Source: Camelus ferus (lineage: Eukaryota). Taken from it: a DNA stretch of 64,000 nt. A program made the translations under genes and the position numbers. How positions within the stretch are numbered: position 1 is the first letter of the stretch; each line of letters begins with the position of its first letter. Below the pieces are notes generated by a model, which was not told the origin of the DNA, ran no database searches, and worked only from the letters and a program-made list of their open reading frames with translations. This document shows, in pieces, positions 37,751 to 51,611 of this stretch. Location: positions 8,558,001-8,622,000 of the forward strand of contig NC_045697.1 in NCBI RefSeq assembly GCF_009834535.1. Reading direction: 5' to 3'.

Positions 37751-40629
37751 CTCTAAATTAAGCCTCTCTCGTCATCCTCCAGCTCATCCGATCACCATCT
37801 GTCCCTGACTCCCTCCTGCCTTTACTGGGGTATTGGTGTCTCCCCACTAGAATGAAAGAGGACGCGGATTTAGCCTGCTTGTCCTCCATCGTATCCCCAG
37901 GGCCCAACATAGCATCGGCCACGTGGTAGGTGCTCAACACGGATTTCTTTAACAAATGTGGGAAAAAACTTTTTTTAGTGAGAGCCTGGAGAGTAGGCTT
38001 TTCTGCATTAAATCCTCACTTAAAAGACCCAACCGTCCACGGAGATATCCTTCCGCAGAAATCAAGGCGCCCAAAGCATCCTTCACTCCGAGAAGGCCAG
38101 CCCCACTCAGCGCACCAATGCTCGCACCTCCGCAGACAAGGTCAGGTTTCTCTCTCGGGAACCGGTTCTGGGTGGAGCCAGGTTTGCTCTTTGCAGCCCT
38201 CCTTGGCAGGAATGAGGTGGCGAAGAAGGGTGATGAAATTCTTTCCTTCTATTCCTTTCAATCCAGTCCCCAGGGAACAGTTCCCCCAGTGGGATGAGAA
38301 CATACCTCCAACCCAAAGGCACCAAAGAGCACTGCGTGGTGGAACTAAATAAAAGAGAGACACTGTCTGGATGTGAACGGAAAACATCTCCCACTTGGCG
38401 GCGGTCTGGTACCAGGGGCCACTGGCATCAGCAGGCAGCTGAGGGCAGCAGCCTCTCTCGCAGCGAGGCCCGCACACTGCCCCCCGCGGAGAGGAGCAGT
38501 CACCAGGGCGAGGCCACCCACCGCCGCCCGCAGCCCAGACAGCACTGAAGGCTTATTCTCACAGCCCAGCCCTTTCTGTTCCCTTTGGTTTCCTCCTTCT
38601 TTCCCACACTCTTAGACGGCTCCAAACTAGCCACCTGGTGCCTACACCCAAATTCCTATCCTCCAGTCTGTCCTGCTCTACAGCCACATGGCGCTAGGGA
38701 CGCAACCCAGAAATTTCTCCAGCTGGAGGCCAAGGTGGTCAGAGGCCTCATTCCTGCTCAGCCACTCTCAGGCTGTGGGACCTTGGGCAAGACTCTCCCT
38801 AGCCTTGGTTTAGGCGTCTGCAAAATAAGCAAACTGTTCCCATTCGTGTACCACCCTCATGATTTTTACCATTTCTTCATATTTAAAATATGATTATCTA
38901 ACGTTTGCCTTTATACTTACTCGTTAAGCAGTGATATCTTGGGTACTCTCTGTATATCTTTCTAATGTACATTCAAAAATATGTAACTATTAAAAAATTC
39001 ATCCATCTGCCACCAAAAGCCATCTTATATTCCATCAGTCTAATATATGCACACTTTGGGAAATGCTGGATTAATTAACTGATCTCTGAGATAAGTTCCT
39101 ACAGCCTATGATTCTAAGTATAATTCTAGAACACAGAAAAACTACTTTTGATTCCTGAGGGTACATTGTGGCTGGCATTTCAACACATTCATGGTGATGA
39201 ATCCTCTGCTTGGTATCCATGGAATTCCAAATCCACTGCTGATGGTAACAAGCCCCAAGAGTGAAGATCCTATTCTTAGCATAACTAGATTTTGTAGATG
39301 TTTAAGTCTATTGTGTACCATGTCTGATGGTAGATGATACTTGCAGAACAGAAATAGTGGGAGACGTAGGTCTGCTCTCATTAGGCCTAGCAGGAGACAG
39401 CCATGTAAAGGAAAAGTTCCATTGCAGTGTGTTAAGACCAAGCTGCAAACTCCTTGAGAGAGAAGACTGAATACCACTCACCTGTGAGCCCTGGCACCGC
39501 ACTGCACCCAGCACATGGTGGAGATATTATTGGCTCCTCTGTTGACGTTCTGTAGTGGGGATACTTATAAAATACTCCAGGGGAATGGTGAAGACAGAGA
39601 TGCAATCTGCACTGGGAGCATCACTGAAGGCTCTGCTAAGCAGATTTGTGAAGGAAGAGATATTCTCGGTTAGGAAATTCCTCCAGGGAGACAAAGTAGC
39701 TGAAGCAAAGACCTAGAGGAGAGACACAGGAGGAAGTAGAGACCTCTGAGTCACTAAAAAGAGCAGGGGAGTGATGAGGGCTGAAGGTATCCAGGTAAGC
39801 TGGTCACATGGGAGGTAAGCAGGTGACCTAAGGGGATTGCAGTTCAGCTGTGAGCAGTAATAAGGAGTGTTCAGATGGAGAGAAGAAGGCAATTGACTAG
39901 GGACCTCAGGCCCCAAGAGACAACATGGCAGTGAGGTCCCTGGGATTTCAGGTATTCCAGACTGGCTGCAGAGAGGCTAAGGACCCCAGACTCCAGGAGG
40001 TGCAGATGAAGAGCTAGCCAAAGGGCCAAATAAGGTGCAGCCTAGCAAAACAGGAGACTTAGATGCTGACTGCTGTGCTCCGGCCAGACAGAAAAACCTA
40101 CAGCCTCACTCCTACCGTCACCAGCACGGTCAAGTAGGGAGCCTAGATTTCCACACTTATCAGTCTGTCACAAGACACTCACCCCCTCCACCAGGATAGT
40201 ATCAGAGAAGGTAAATTGGAGAAAAGGGATATTCATCTCTGCTGGGCAGTAATGAGCTCCAAGAGCCTGAAGTTCCACCCCTACCTGCCAATAAAGAGGC
40301 ACCACTCCCCAGCTCTGCTGCTTGGAGTCAGATGGGCCTTGGTAGAGAGCCAGGACTTCCACCACTGCCCACTTATAGCAAGGCCCCTCTGCAGGGTCCG
40401 TGGAAGTCCCCTGGTGAGCAGGAAACCCTAAGCACCCCTGCCCCTTTCAGCCAGGACGGTATTAGCGGGTGCCAAGTGGGGAACCCAGACTTCCACCTCC
40501 ACCTGGGAGTCATGGGGCAGTGCCCTCCTCTTCCACCAGAGCAGTGTCAGAGGAGGCTGATGGCAACTGAGATCCAGATGCTCATCACGTAATTCCCTGG
40601 TTGTCTGGGTTTCCATCAAAAAGTTACTC

Positions 40630-41330
40630 ATTATCCCAAGGACCATGAAAATCTCAGCTTAAGTGAGAAAGACAATCACCACACCTGGGGACACAGATAA
40701 TAGAATTCTGTGCCCAAGAGTTTCATGCAGCCATGATAAGAATGCTTTAATGAGCAATTACAAACAGTCTTGAAACAAATGACAAAGTGGAGAATCTCCG
40801 CAAAGAAGTAACAATCAAGTGGAAATTTTAGAACTGAAAAATACAATAGCAAAAACAAACAGGAAGGAAAATTGAAAATCAGTGGTCTAGTCCAGGGGTC
40901 AGCAACTACAGCCTATAAGCCAAATCCAGTCTGCCATCTGTTTTCGCTCATGGTTTTGCTGGAATGCAGCTTCTTTGACTGCATCCTGCCTATGACTGTT
41001 TTGTGCTACGGTGGCAGTGCTGAGTACCTGCAACCAAGAGTGTGTGGCTTCCAAAATCCTCAAGTTTTTACCATCCAGCCCTTTACAGACAATGTCCGCC
41101 AACTCCTCATCTAAGCTACCACCTCTGGACGCTAAAAAAAAGAAAAATGAATGAAACCCAAATAAAATAGAAAAAATAACAAACACAATAATAAAGGGTG
41201 ATGATGGAAATTTCAAGAGTGAGGGACATATTCTGTATCTTGACTTGGGTGATGGTTTCACGGATTTCACATTTTTTAAAACTTAATCAGGTGATCCTCT
41301 TCAGATCTGTGCATTTTTGCTGTATGCAAG
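40630..41330 (+). mobile_element. Old L1ME-type remnants flanking a MER58 insertion
   Basis: gaaattttagaactgaaaaatacaatag (ORF1-region-like) and atattctgtatcttgacttgggtgatggtt (3' end-like). Confidence 0.55.
40893..41108 (+). mobile_element. hAT-Charlie MITE MER58A-like
   Basis: TIRs caggggtcagcaa...tccgccaactcctc; degenerate 8-bp TSD gtctagtc/atctaagc. Confidence 0.85.
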
Positions 41331-41344
41331 ACAGGCCTCCACAA

Positions 41345-42010
41345 ATTACATGGGTCAGCTCATGTCACTCTACGGCTCACAATCTTCCAATGGTTCTTCT
41401 TTTTATTCAGAGTAAAAGTCAAAGACCTTTCAGTGGTCTCAGAGTTCCTGCATGATCCGTCCCCGACATGCTGCACACCTATTCTGTTATTCTCTGAATC
41501 CATCTCTCCCTCCTCCAGCTTTCACTTCTCACCAACTACATTGGCCTCTTTGGTTGCTTGAAGATTCTAGACACTCTGTGACATCAGAGCCTTTGCGCTG
41601 GCTGTTCCCTCTGCCTGGAATGCTCCTCCCCCAGATACTCCTGTCATCACCTCCCTCACTTTTTTTCGGTCTTTGCTCAGCTGTCAGCTTCTCAATATGT
41701 CCTACCCTGATGGCTGTACTTAAAATTGTAACCCACTCCCCCCACTCCACCTGGGGGGGCCCTGATCCCCTTAACCTGCTCTACATCTTTCTTTTTCCAC
41801 AGTATCACCTTTACCACTATAAAAGCTGCTCATGTATTATATTTATAGTCTGGCTTCTCTCACTGGACCAGAACACACTAGAATGAAAGCACAAAGGAGG
41901 TAAGAATCTTTTTGTTTTACCCACTGATAATGACACAACCACTTAGAATAGTAAGTGACATATCATGGAGAGTCATGGAAAAAAATGTGTTAAATATGTA
42001 AGTGAACAAT
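41345..42010 (+). mobile_element. L2a 3' fragment
   Basis: gcctttgcgctggctgttccctctgcctggaatgctcctccc... and an L2 tail. Confidence 0.8.
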
Positions 42011-43149
42011 AGATGAAGCTTGTGAAGACAATTTAAGTGAAGAAAGTATATATAGAACCTTTACGTGAATACGGCAAAGCAAAAAGTGTCAATCTTTCAC
42101 TCTTGGCGCTCACTCCTTGTTCCTTGTCCCTTGTCCCTTCCCCTCTTGACCTCGCACTTACAGAGCCCACATTCTGAAACTCTACATTCTCTGATTAAAA
42201 AAAAAAATCTCTAACTCTATGAGTGGCAAGCACTTTTACCACCTAGCACCCCAGAGGATTTAGGGCATCTTCGAAATGGAAGAGTGATTGCCTCCTCCCA
42301 CCAAAATCATGGAGTCGCAGTATATTTTAACATTGAAGTGGCCTCCACTCTCACCAAACTTTGATTTGAATAGTTCTATTTGTGTTTACTACTAATACTG
42401 TATCATTAACTTCCAGTGCTTTTTTAAAAAGTAGCCAAAATGTGAGAAGTGATTATGGACATGTGGAATTCATTTCTACACTTCTTCAATCATGTTGCAG
42501 AATAAGAACCAAGCATCTCAGGTCTTACTGCGTTGTACCCTTAAGTGCCTAGAACCTTTCCCTGTAACTTACAGAATAAAAGGAACAGTCTTTACCCTAA
42601 CCAGGGCAATTGCTGTTTCTAAGTCTAGAGCACATGTTACAGAAGGTAGATCTAAGAGAAGCTAATGAGCTTGGCAGGAAGGAACAATTAACCAAGTTGA
42701 CCAGTCAGGATGCTGTTTACATTCTATCAGTTCTAATCACGATTTGAACTCTTATCTGGGTTCAATGTAAAAATTAATGCCTGTTGGTTCTGCATTTCTC
42801 AACTGGGACCAAAGCTCAGTCAATATTTTCACATGAGAGCAGCAAGAGTTAACTGTGACAACCATAATTTATGTGTCTGTCCAGGTCCGGTCACAGGGAC
42901 CTTCTGTCTCTGGGATTTCTCTCCTCACCCAGCTGCCCCTGGACATCATGCCTGCCCTTTTTATCTCTGGCCATGGCCACTTGTATCAAAGTGGATGCTT
43001 GACCCAGGATCCTTGAGCCTGGGCAGACTGGATAAGTGATCCTTTTCTGAGTCCTGCTGTGGGGCTACCGCACTGTAAATAGCTTCCTATACTAATCTAG
43101 AATGATGCCCTGTTCACCAAAGTATGGAACATGGCATTAGAAACTGCAT

Positions 43150-43812
43150 ATGAATGGCCTTTATATCTGAGGAAATCAAAAAGATACGTGCACACCAATG
43201 TTCATAGCACTATTTACAATAGCCAAGACGTGGAAGCAACCTAAGTGTTCATCAACAGATGAATGGATAAGAAAGATGTGGGGTATATATCCTGAAATAT
43301 TATTCAGCTATAGAAAAGAATGAAATAATGATTTCATTGCAGCAAATGAATCATTGCTGCTTCAAATGATTATTTGCAGCAACATGGATGGACCTAGAGA
43401 TTATCATACTAAATGAAGTCCAACAGAGAAAGACAAATATATGATATCACTTACATGTGGAATCCAAAAAAATGATACAAATGAACTTATTTACAAAAAA
43501 GAAACAGACTCACAGACCTAGAAAACAAACTTATGGTTACTGGGGAGAAGGGGATGGGATAGGGATAAATTAGGAGTTTGGGATTAGCAGATACACACTA
43601 CTGTATATAAAATAGATAAACAACAAGGTCCTACTACATAGCACAGGGAATTATACTCAATATCCTGTAATAAATTATAATGGAAAAGAATCTGAAAAAG
43701 AACATACATATATGTATGTGTGTATGTATAACTGAATCAGTATGCTATACACCAGGAATTAACACAATATTGTAAATCAACTGTACCTCAATAAAAAATA
43801 AAATAAAATAAA
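43150..43812 (+). mobile_element. 5'-truncated artiodactyl-type L1 3' end
   Basis: Aligns by eye with 9300-9928; ends ctcaataaaaaataaaataaaataaa. Confidence 0.92.
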
Positions 43813-44783
43813 GAAATGACTCTCCCAAGATATGGCTAAGCAGGGGCACTGACAGGATGAACACCGGGTCTGCCCAAATACAAAACCCACCCTCTCCCCA
43901 CCACATCACATCCTCTCTGCTACAAAAGGCTCCTTGGCAAAAAGAGACAATTCCTCTCAGATCCCAACTGGCTGCTGAGTAAAATCTGAGGTAGACGCAC
44001 TTTCGAGGGCACCACCCAGAAGCTGTTCGGACGAAGCTCAAAGGAGCGTGAGGATCACACCCAGAGTGCCAGAGGAGGGATTCTCCTGGACTGAACAACA
44101 GCACATCTTCAAAGCCAAGACATCACATGTGATACTCTGAGGATGCCTCTTCTCAGCAGCATCCTCTGATCATCATCAGTAACCCACCCACAGTTCCTGG
44201 GTCCGTACTGATGGGAAAATGGCTGTTGCTCTGTTCCCTAATCTCTAGTCAAACCAAATATATGCCTTGTGTCTCTTATTGGACAGCTGCAAAAGGCACC
44301 ATCATTTCTCTGGCGTTCAGACAGCTGAGCAAAGCCCGAGCCCGACTGTCACCTGTGTGTGGAGGGAACCAGCTTCCGCTGACTTAGATCATCCAGAACG
44401 TGACTTGGTGGCTCCCAGGCCTGAGGCTGGAGAGTCTCTGTGAACAACAAAGAGTTCCTTTGTAGACAGGATTCCAGTAGAAACAAGCATCTTTTGACAA
44501 ACCTCTCAAAAACAATAGTAGCGCTCAACAAGAAAACTCAGAAGGGAGCTTCATTTTAAATGTATGCTCCATAAAATGGAAGCCAGAAGCCCAGGGGATG
44601 CGTGCTTTGGGAGAATTACCCGAGTTCCTATCTTGCTGCTTCAGAAGAGCCCTCTGACTTCAGCACAAGTGGGTCAAGCTATGTTTCCTGCCTTGCATCA
44701 GGCTGCTCTGAGCCTAGCTGGGGTGCAGGGTAGCTCAGAGGCAGAACGCTGTCTTTGGGAACCGGAGTTCCGAGTTTAAGGCC

Positions 44784-44802
44784 AAGTGCCCCCTGCTAGC
44801 CA
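44784..44802 (-). promoter_or_regulatory. CTCF motif within a MIR head (about 44720-44940)
   Basis: Minus strand TGGCTAGCAGGGGGCACTT versus consensus TGGCCASYAGRKGGCRSYV. Confidence 0.55.
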
Positions 44803-46569
44803 TGTGACCAGCAAAGAGTGGCTCAGTGTACTTGTGTGAAAGAAGCAGGAAAATGCTGCTCGTGCAAAGCTGAATTTGATAAAAGAACACATAATGAAAC
44901 ACCTAGCAAGGCATCTGGCCGAAAGTGCCAGTTCGGTATGCTGTGCTGGTCTTCCTAGTTACGTGAGTACATTGACCTTTGGAAGGAAAGTCATCGGCAG
45001 TGTGGATGAGGTGACACCAGGCGGTACCCAGCCAGTTGGTGGCCCTCAGTGGGGCATCCTTTGGGAATGCATCAGGTCCAGGATCTGGTTCTTAGTCTTT
45101 AAGGTTTAGAAACTGGTTCAGCACACTCAGAGGATCCGTCTCTTCCTGATGGGTGGCTATAAGAAGTCCATCCCTCTGCTGGGAACCCTTCCTAAATATC
45201 AAAGGTTGATCATCAAAATTATCACATCATGATGAGCCAAATGAGAGCAAAGGTACTGAAGGGCTGAACCCAGACCTGGACCACCGTTCTCCAAGCATTA
45301 CATTCTCATTTAAAGTTTGTGTTTTCTTTTAAATGACAGTCTAAAAAAAGCATGTAAGCATATTCTGCATCTGAACCACCATATGTAGCTACCGAAATTT
45401 TAAATTCAAACTAATAAAAATTAATTTAAAAATTCAGTTCTTCATTTGCTCCAGTTACATCCCAAGTGCTCATGGCTGCATATTGAACAGCACAGAAAGC
45501 CCCATTAGATGTCACTGTTCGAGCTATTTCATCCATGAGTACTGCCATAAGATTTAAGACCTCCAATTATAATACATCTTTACCACTGAATAAGAGCCAA
45601 GCAAAGCTACTTTGATGAAGGCTGATGCTAAAGAGAACCAAGAACTCAATTAGTGTGATACGTTCTCAGTGGTAGCAGCAGGAGTCCTAAACGTTGTCTA
45701 TTCACAGGGAGGAGGACAGGTGGGTGACAGCGGGGAGAGGAGGTGGCTCTCGTGGTAGCTGCAGCCATGGGAGTCAGAGCTGCAAGGCTGTAATCTGTGG
45801 CTCAGAGTCCACAGTCACAGTGGAAAAACAGAATTGTCAGGCTCTGCCCGAGCCCCTGCCTCCGAATTCCTCTGGACCCATTCGGAAAGCCTCCACGGGG
45901 TGTCCCCTGTGTGCCTGTGAACACACAGACTGTTATTTGGAAACGCAGTCCTCTGGGCTGTGAGACGCAGCCTGCCACTTCGTCTTCTCCTGCGGGGGCT
46001 GGTCAGGTGACAGCTCTGCCACTTCCTGCTCCAGAAGCAGGAGACCCCAGGGCCTCCTTCCAGCCTGGGGAAGCTTAAGCTAAAGCAATATCTACCACTT
46101 ACAGGCCTTTGGCTGAGTGAGTGGCACCTTTCAGGCATCTCTGGGATGTGCAGGCTTTGGCATCTTTTTACTGGTGCACCTTCCTCTTTTCAGGCGCTGG
46201 TCTGAGTCCCAGGCAGGAGGCAGGGCCAGAGACGAGCACTCATCCCTCCATACCTCAAAGTTTTTGAGGAAAAAATGTGCATCTTCATTTTCTTTCTCAT
46301 TGAGGTGCACTCCTTCAGGCTAAGTGGGGGGATTTTTTTTTTTTTAGAAAAAAGAAGAATCTAAGATCCTCTATATGCAACTACTTTAAATCTATTTTTA
46401 AGAAGGAAAGAAAAGGTGTGCCCTGTGGCTATGTTCAGGTAGTGGACTCACCTGTTCCACGACTATCTGTTGGGTACCTTCTAGGTACCAAGCACAGTTC
46501 AGGCACTAAGGATATAGCAGTGAACCCAGCCGTCGAACATGTCTGCCCTCCTGGAATTCAGTGGGGACA

Positions 46570-46612
46570 GACAAACGGTAAAAGCGAGACAAACGGTAAA
46601 AGCGAAACAAAC
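46570..46612. repeat. 18-bp perfect tandem duplication (gacaaacggtaaaagcga)x2.4 inside a minus-strand L2 remnant
   Basis: Direct read. Confidence 0.9.
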
Positions 46613-48889
46613 AGATCTATAGTCTATCAGGTGGTGATCAGTGCCATGAAGAAAAGGGAAGCAGAGCAGGGAGACAGGGATGGCTCAGAAGATGGAGGTA
46701 AGTGCTGTTTGAAACGGTGTCCATTCGGGCAGGGCTCCACTGACAACATAACATTTAAGCGCAGAGAAAGGGAACGGGGTAACCCAAGCCCAGTGGAGAT
46801 GCTGAAGTTCCTCCTTGTGGGGGGTCAGCCCTCTCTCCTTCAAGTCTTTATGAATCACTCTGTCTTCCAAGTACCACCAACCAAGTTTTGTTGAATTTTA
46901 CTTCTAGAAATTTGTATTAACAAAACAATAGCCTGGCTTGTTTGGGAATTTTTTTTTTAGCATCTCAAATATAAAGTTATGTTCTAATAGTAAGTATGCT
47001 CTTTCAAATGAAACAGCCGTTGCCCAGAAATTCAAATAGACGCTCTGTTCCCCAAACAGCTGCCTTATGGAGAGCAATACTGACAGCAGGCGGTGTTTTT
47101 CCAAAACCCACTTTCGGCTTTTGTCTTTTTGAAAAATCTGATTTTTCACATTCTCTCGTACTCAGAGGCATTTTTGCATATTATACCTTATTAGTAGCAG
47201 TCAGGAATCAGTCAGAAAAATTCACTGCAGGTATTTCAAATGGGAAGGGAAATAGGATCTAACAAAACCACTGGAGGAACTGAAGAAGAGAGAGTTAGGG
47301 GGCACTCTCACCAGCTCTCAGATTCACCACTAGCTTTTAGAAGATCAAGAAGCTGGAGTCACAGAATGACCACTGATGACAACCACAGGCAGCAAAGAGG
47401 CAAGTAATTCGAGGGTAACACACCTGGAGGGCATCGCAAAGCCTCCCATTTGCCAAAATCCACGCATCTGCCCACCACTGCCAGAGGAGCACTAATGATG
47501 GTTTGGCCTCTGTTCACCTTGCGATTCGTACCTTCATGCCTGTGATCACTGAAGTAATCTAACCTGGAACCTTTCAGCAGGGAATTCTGGGAATTGTCAT
47601 TCCCGGCTCCAGCCTCTGTGATTTGGGGGAGCATGAAATCTTCACCCTAGATGGGTGAGAATGGTGTCTACATCGGCAGCAGACTCTCCTGCACAGTTGA
47701 CTCACTGTGATTTTCAATTGATAAGTGTAACTTGTGTCGTAGTGGTGTCCCTTCCCCGCTATCCCAGCTCAGGGCCAGCACTCCCAGAGGCTCGGCTTAG
47801 CATCTCAAGTAGAGTGATGGCATTTTAATCTCCTAGGTCTTCAAAGTCTTCCAGTTGTCCCAAGGGGAGACAGCAGAGAGAATTCTCCCAGTGGTAGAAC
47901 TTAGCTCCCTGAGGGAGGGTTCAGCTGGTGGGCCGTTGACCCAGCACTGTTCCTGCTCAGACCAGAGAGGGGACCGGTGCTGGAACCCAAGCACCTGACA
48001 TTCTGGTTCTCTCCCCTCTTCTCCCCTCCTCCTTGTAGCTCCATCACCCCATCCCATCTCTCTGGACGTCCCACACAGAAAGCCCTGGAGCGTAACTCCC
48101 CTCTCCGTGGACCCTGATGGGCCATCAGAAAGAGGATCAACGGAGCATTAAAACAGATCCCCTAATTAAGAGCAATGAAAGCTCAGTCCCTTCTCCTGGA
48201 GGACTCCATCTCCACAAAACATTGTCTAAATTGCCACTCTCCTCGGGAGCTGTTTTGTATCATTCCCAGGAAGATTACTCCCCTCTGTACAATGGCCGAA
48301 AATATCACTTCTTGGAATTCCACAAAGGATGATAAAACAAGTTGAACATTCATGTAATCGTCTAAATCCCCTAGTTCGTGCCCTACAATAGGGTTCCCAG
48401 GCTCTCAGACTGAGGTGAGCAGCACTTGTGCAGTCAAGATCCCTGGATGAGGACTGTCCTGAGTTCCGACTGGTAGAAAGTGTGGCGTGCTTTCAGGCAC
48501 AGTCAGGCCATGATAAAATCACATGGTATGCAAATTATATTTTACAGAGAACAGAACTGTTTTCATTTGTTTCAGGTAACTTGACAGTGACCCTATGGGG
48601 AGACCGTCTAGTTGAAGTAAACCCAAACACAATATGTCTCTTAAAAAGAAACTAAAATCATAAACACATTGACTTTGCAGAGTGAGTGCTCAAAGCACAC
48701 TTGTGTGGATGAGGCAAAAATGCATTCCTGTATAAAAACCAAATGATCCGTCTTCTTGAGTTCTGTCAGGAGAGTGTTCAATGTGACCTAGTAGGAAGTC
48801 CATGACCTGGCCTTTGGCCCTAAGAATGCCTAAGGTTCTAAACCTTTTTGATCACACACCCTTTGAAAGTCTGGTGAATGGTGGCCTGA

Positions 48890-49385
48890 GTTTGCTCTAG
48901 TTTTATCTGCTCCGTGTGCTTTCCCATCTCCCTTCTTCTGGTGCCTCTGTGGGACTCCTCCCTTACTCCGTGTGGTTCTGTGAGATTGTCAGTATCATTG
49001 TGGGGGCACTGGCTGCAGACATGACCCAGGTGGACCAGCCAGGGTGGCTCAATGGCTTTGCACCAGTGAATGGGATGGTGTGTCTGAGTGACCCATGCAG
49101 GGGACTGGGGGTCATTCTCTTACTACTCAGTAGTAAGAAGCCGGAAGGGTGAGTGTAGAGTGGTCGGCGGCCTTTCTGTGCCCTGAGTACAAAGAACCTT
49201 AAGTCAGAACAAAGCGAGAGGCAGGCTGAGCTGAGAGGCGGAGAGAGCTAGAAGCAGAACCAACACGTTCAGCCATTCTGGAAGCTGTTAGTGTCCTGGG
49301 TCTGAGCCCGTGGAAAATAAGCCAATAAATTACCTTTACGCTTAAAGTTTCTCTCTTATCCAACCAAGGGAGTCCAGGATAAACA
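48890..49385 (+). mobile_element. ERVL-type LTR (LTR16-like), apparently inside a Charlie MITE remnant (about 48830-49490)
   Basis: 3' end gccaataaattacctttacgcttaa...caaccaagggagtccaggataaaca; flanks resemble the two halves of MER117. Confidence 0.45.
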
Positions 49386-50149
49386 GATCTTCTCCCTAAA
49401 GAAAACACACATACCTACTCATGCATGAAATAATTCATACAATGTCAAAGGCTGAAGTCCTTCCAAGGACCCTCAATAAAGAAGCCCTGCTCGTCCAGTT
49501 TTCTAGATGGCCTTAGAATAGAGCTGATTTCACAGTCAAAACCATCTTCTTCCTCTGCATCAGTGTTCTGTCACACACTAAATGTTAGACCTTGGAAAGG
49601 TAAATACTGCAAGCCATTACTAGTCAGAAACAACCATCAGCAAACAGTCCGAGGGTAATAGCTAGGATTCAGAATGACCTGCGTAGACGTATTTGGACAG
49701 AGATGATGGACAAGTGACATTTGGCTCAGGATTTGAGTTCAAGCAACTCATTTTCCCCATTTGTGCAGTTTTCCTGTTTGTATAATGAAAAGTTTGGACA
49801 TGTTTCCAAAGGTCCTTTCACTAACGGATCTGTTAAATTAAGCATGAGTACTTCTTCCATTTTTGATTATAATGTCATCTAAAGCCAAGTCAAAAAAGGA
49901 AATATTTCTTCAACGAACACAGCACTCGCCTTCCCCCGTCTGTGAGTCCCGGCGTTATACAGACTAAGTTTGGTTTCCTCTCCACTGGAGTTGTTCATTA
50001 GAACAGTACGCTGAGGAGACTACAGAATAAGAAGTGCATTCCAGGACTCGTTAATGGCTCTTCTTTCAGTTATTCCAGGAAGACTCCAAACTTACATTCT
50101 CAAGATTCAGCAATCTCCCTGGGAGGGCTGGGAAATGAATGTGTTAATG

Positions 50150-50270
50150 GGTATATTTATTCATATATATTTAAAAATAGATATATACATATAATTTGTG
50201 TTATAATTATATATATCACATATATAAATATATATTTAAGTGAATATATATACACATGTCTATATGAACA
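50150..50270. repeat. AT-rich (TA)n low-complexity tract
   Basis: Direct read. Confidence 0.8.
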
Positions 50271-51611
50271 GAGCAAAACATTTTACAATAAAATGCCCAA
50301 ATATATGAGAATAGTCTCATTGGAGGAATAAAATTTATGTCTTGCAATCTGAAACAGGTAAGCATCTTTGTGCTAGAATCATCTTCAGAAAAAAATGAAT
50401 GAATGAATAACTAGCTGAAATATAGTGCTTTTCTCTCCAAAATAATGTAATGGGGTCCTAGTCTGAGCCTCACCTGTGCCCACCCTGAGGTTTATTCATG
50501 GCTGGCAATGTTGGCCAGAGGGCCCCAGTGAGATCTATTTTAATAAGGGAGAGAGATGAGAGTATCCTGGTAGGGAAAAAGCTTATGGGTTCCTTTATAC
50601 AAGTTTGGCCAGAGAGCAGTGTGTTTGCATCTGTGAGGTGAGTCTGGGTACAGCTCATGCTGTCAGGCAGACAGCCCTGAGGTCCTGTCCTGTACACAGG
50701 GTCCAGGCCTGATGTGCAGTAAGGAGGCTGCCATACAAAAGCAAATACAAGCTGGAAGAATGGGACAAGGCAAGTGCAAGGTACCTGCAACCTTGAAGCC
50801 AGTAGTCGAGACACCATTGGACAAGGTGTGTTTGAGGCCAGTCAGCAGCCTTGAGCAGGCACTGGTAGGTACCAGCAGCCCTGGTGAAAGCTTTGACAAG
50901 CAATGCCCAGAAAACATATTGCTCTAGAAATCAAGGCTGGGAGAGGAACAAAGCTAAAGCCACACAACTCCAGAAGGACAAATTCCTAGAGGACGCAAGA
51001 TGTACCCACTTCTTGGGATTCTCAGAACCATATGGAAGACTTCAAAGGATGCTTGGAGGCTGGAGTTTCCCCTCACTCCACTCCCTCCCCCACCAATCCC
51101 TGCAGTAAGGTAGAGTTTCTTAATTTCTTATGTTCCACAGCATTTTATGCGGAGAGCCACCCTGTTTTCCCTCAAGATGGTACTGCCTGGGCAGCAGAAG
51201 TGCCAGTAAGGTAAGCCACATGCAGCTTTGCCCAACAGTGGTCAGAAGATAATTAGAACATGGAAATTCTGGGCTGGGTTCTACCATTTCAGGCCCTCTG
51301 TCCTAGTTGACATTATAGATTCAAACTGAGACCAGATTTCCAGATGCCAGATTTCCAACTCTTATTTCTCTGGATTCACTATTTCTAAAACAATGCTACA
51401 CCATTTGCCTGGATACCTTTTAACTAAAATATCCAGTGATTGTCATGGTGGTGCAATGATATTGGAATATTCCAGAAACAAATCTATACAAATGACACTT
51501 TAAAATCTTGGGCCTAAAGAGAGGGGAGGATGGGCAGGCCTGTTTACTGGTGACTGACTCTAAGTCACAGCTGTCACTGTTCCCTGGTCTGTTATCCAAG
51601 AACCCGTACTG

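Noticed and set aside
37267..38615. Cluster of overlapping 80-166 aa ORFs
   Set aside because: Expected from stop-codon scarcity in GC-rich DNA; P/R/A/G-biased with no recognisable family.
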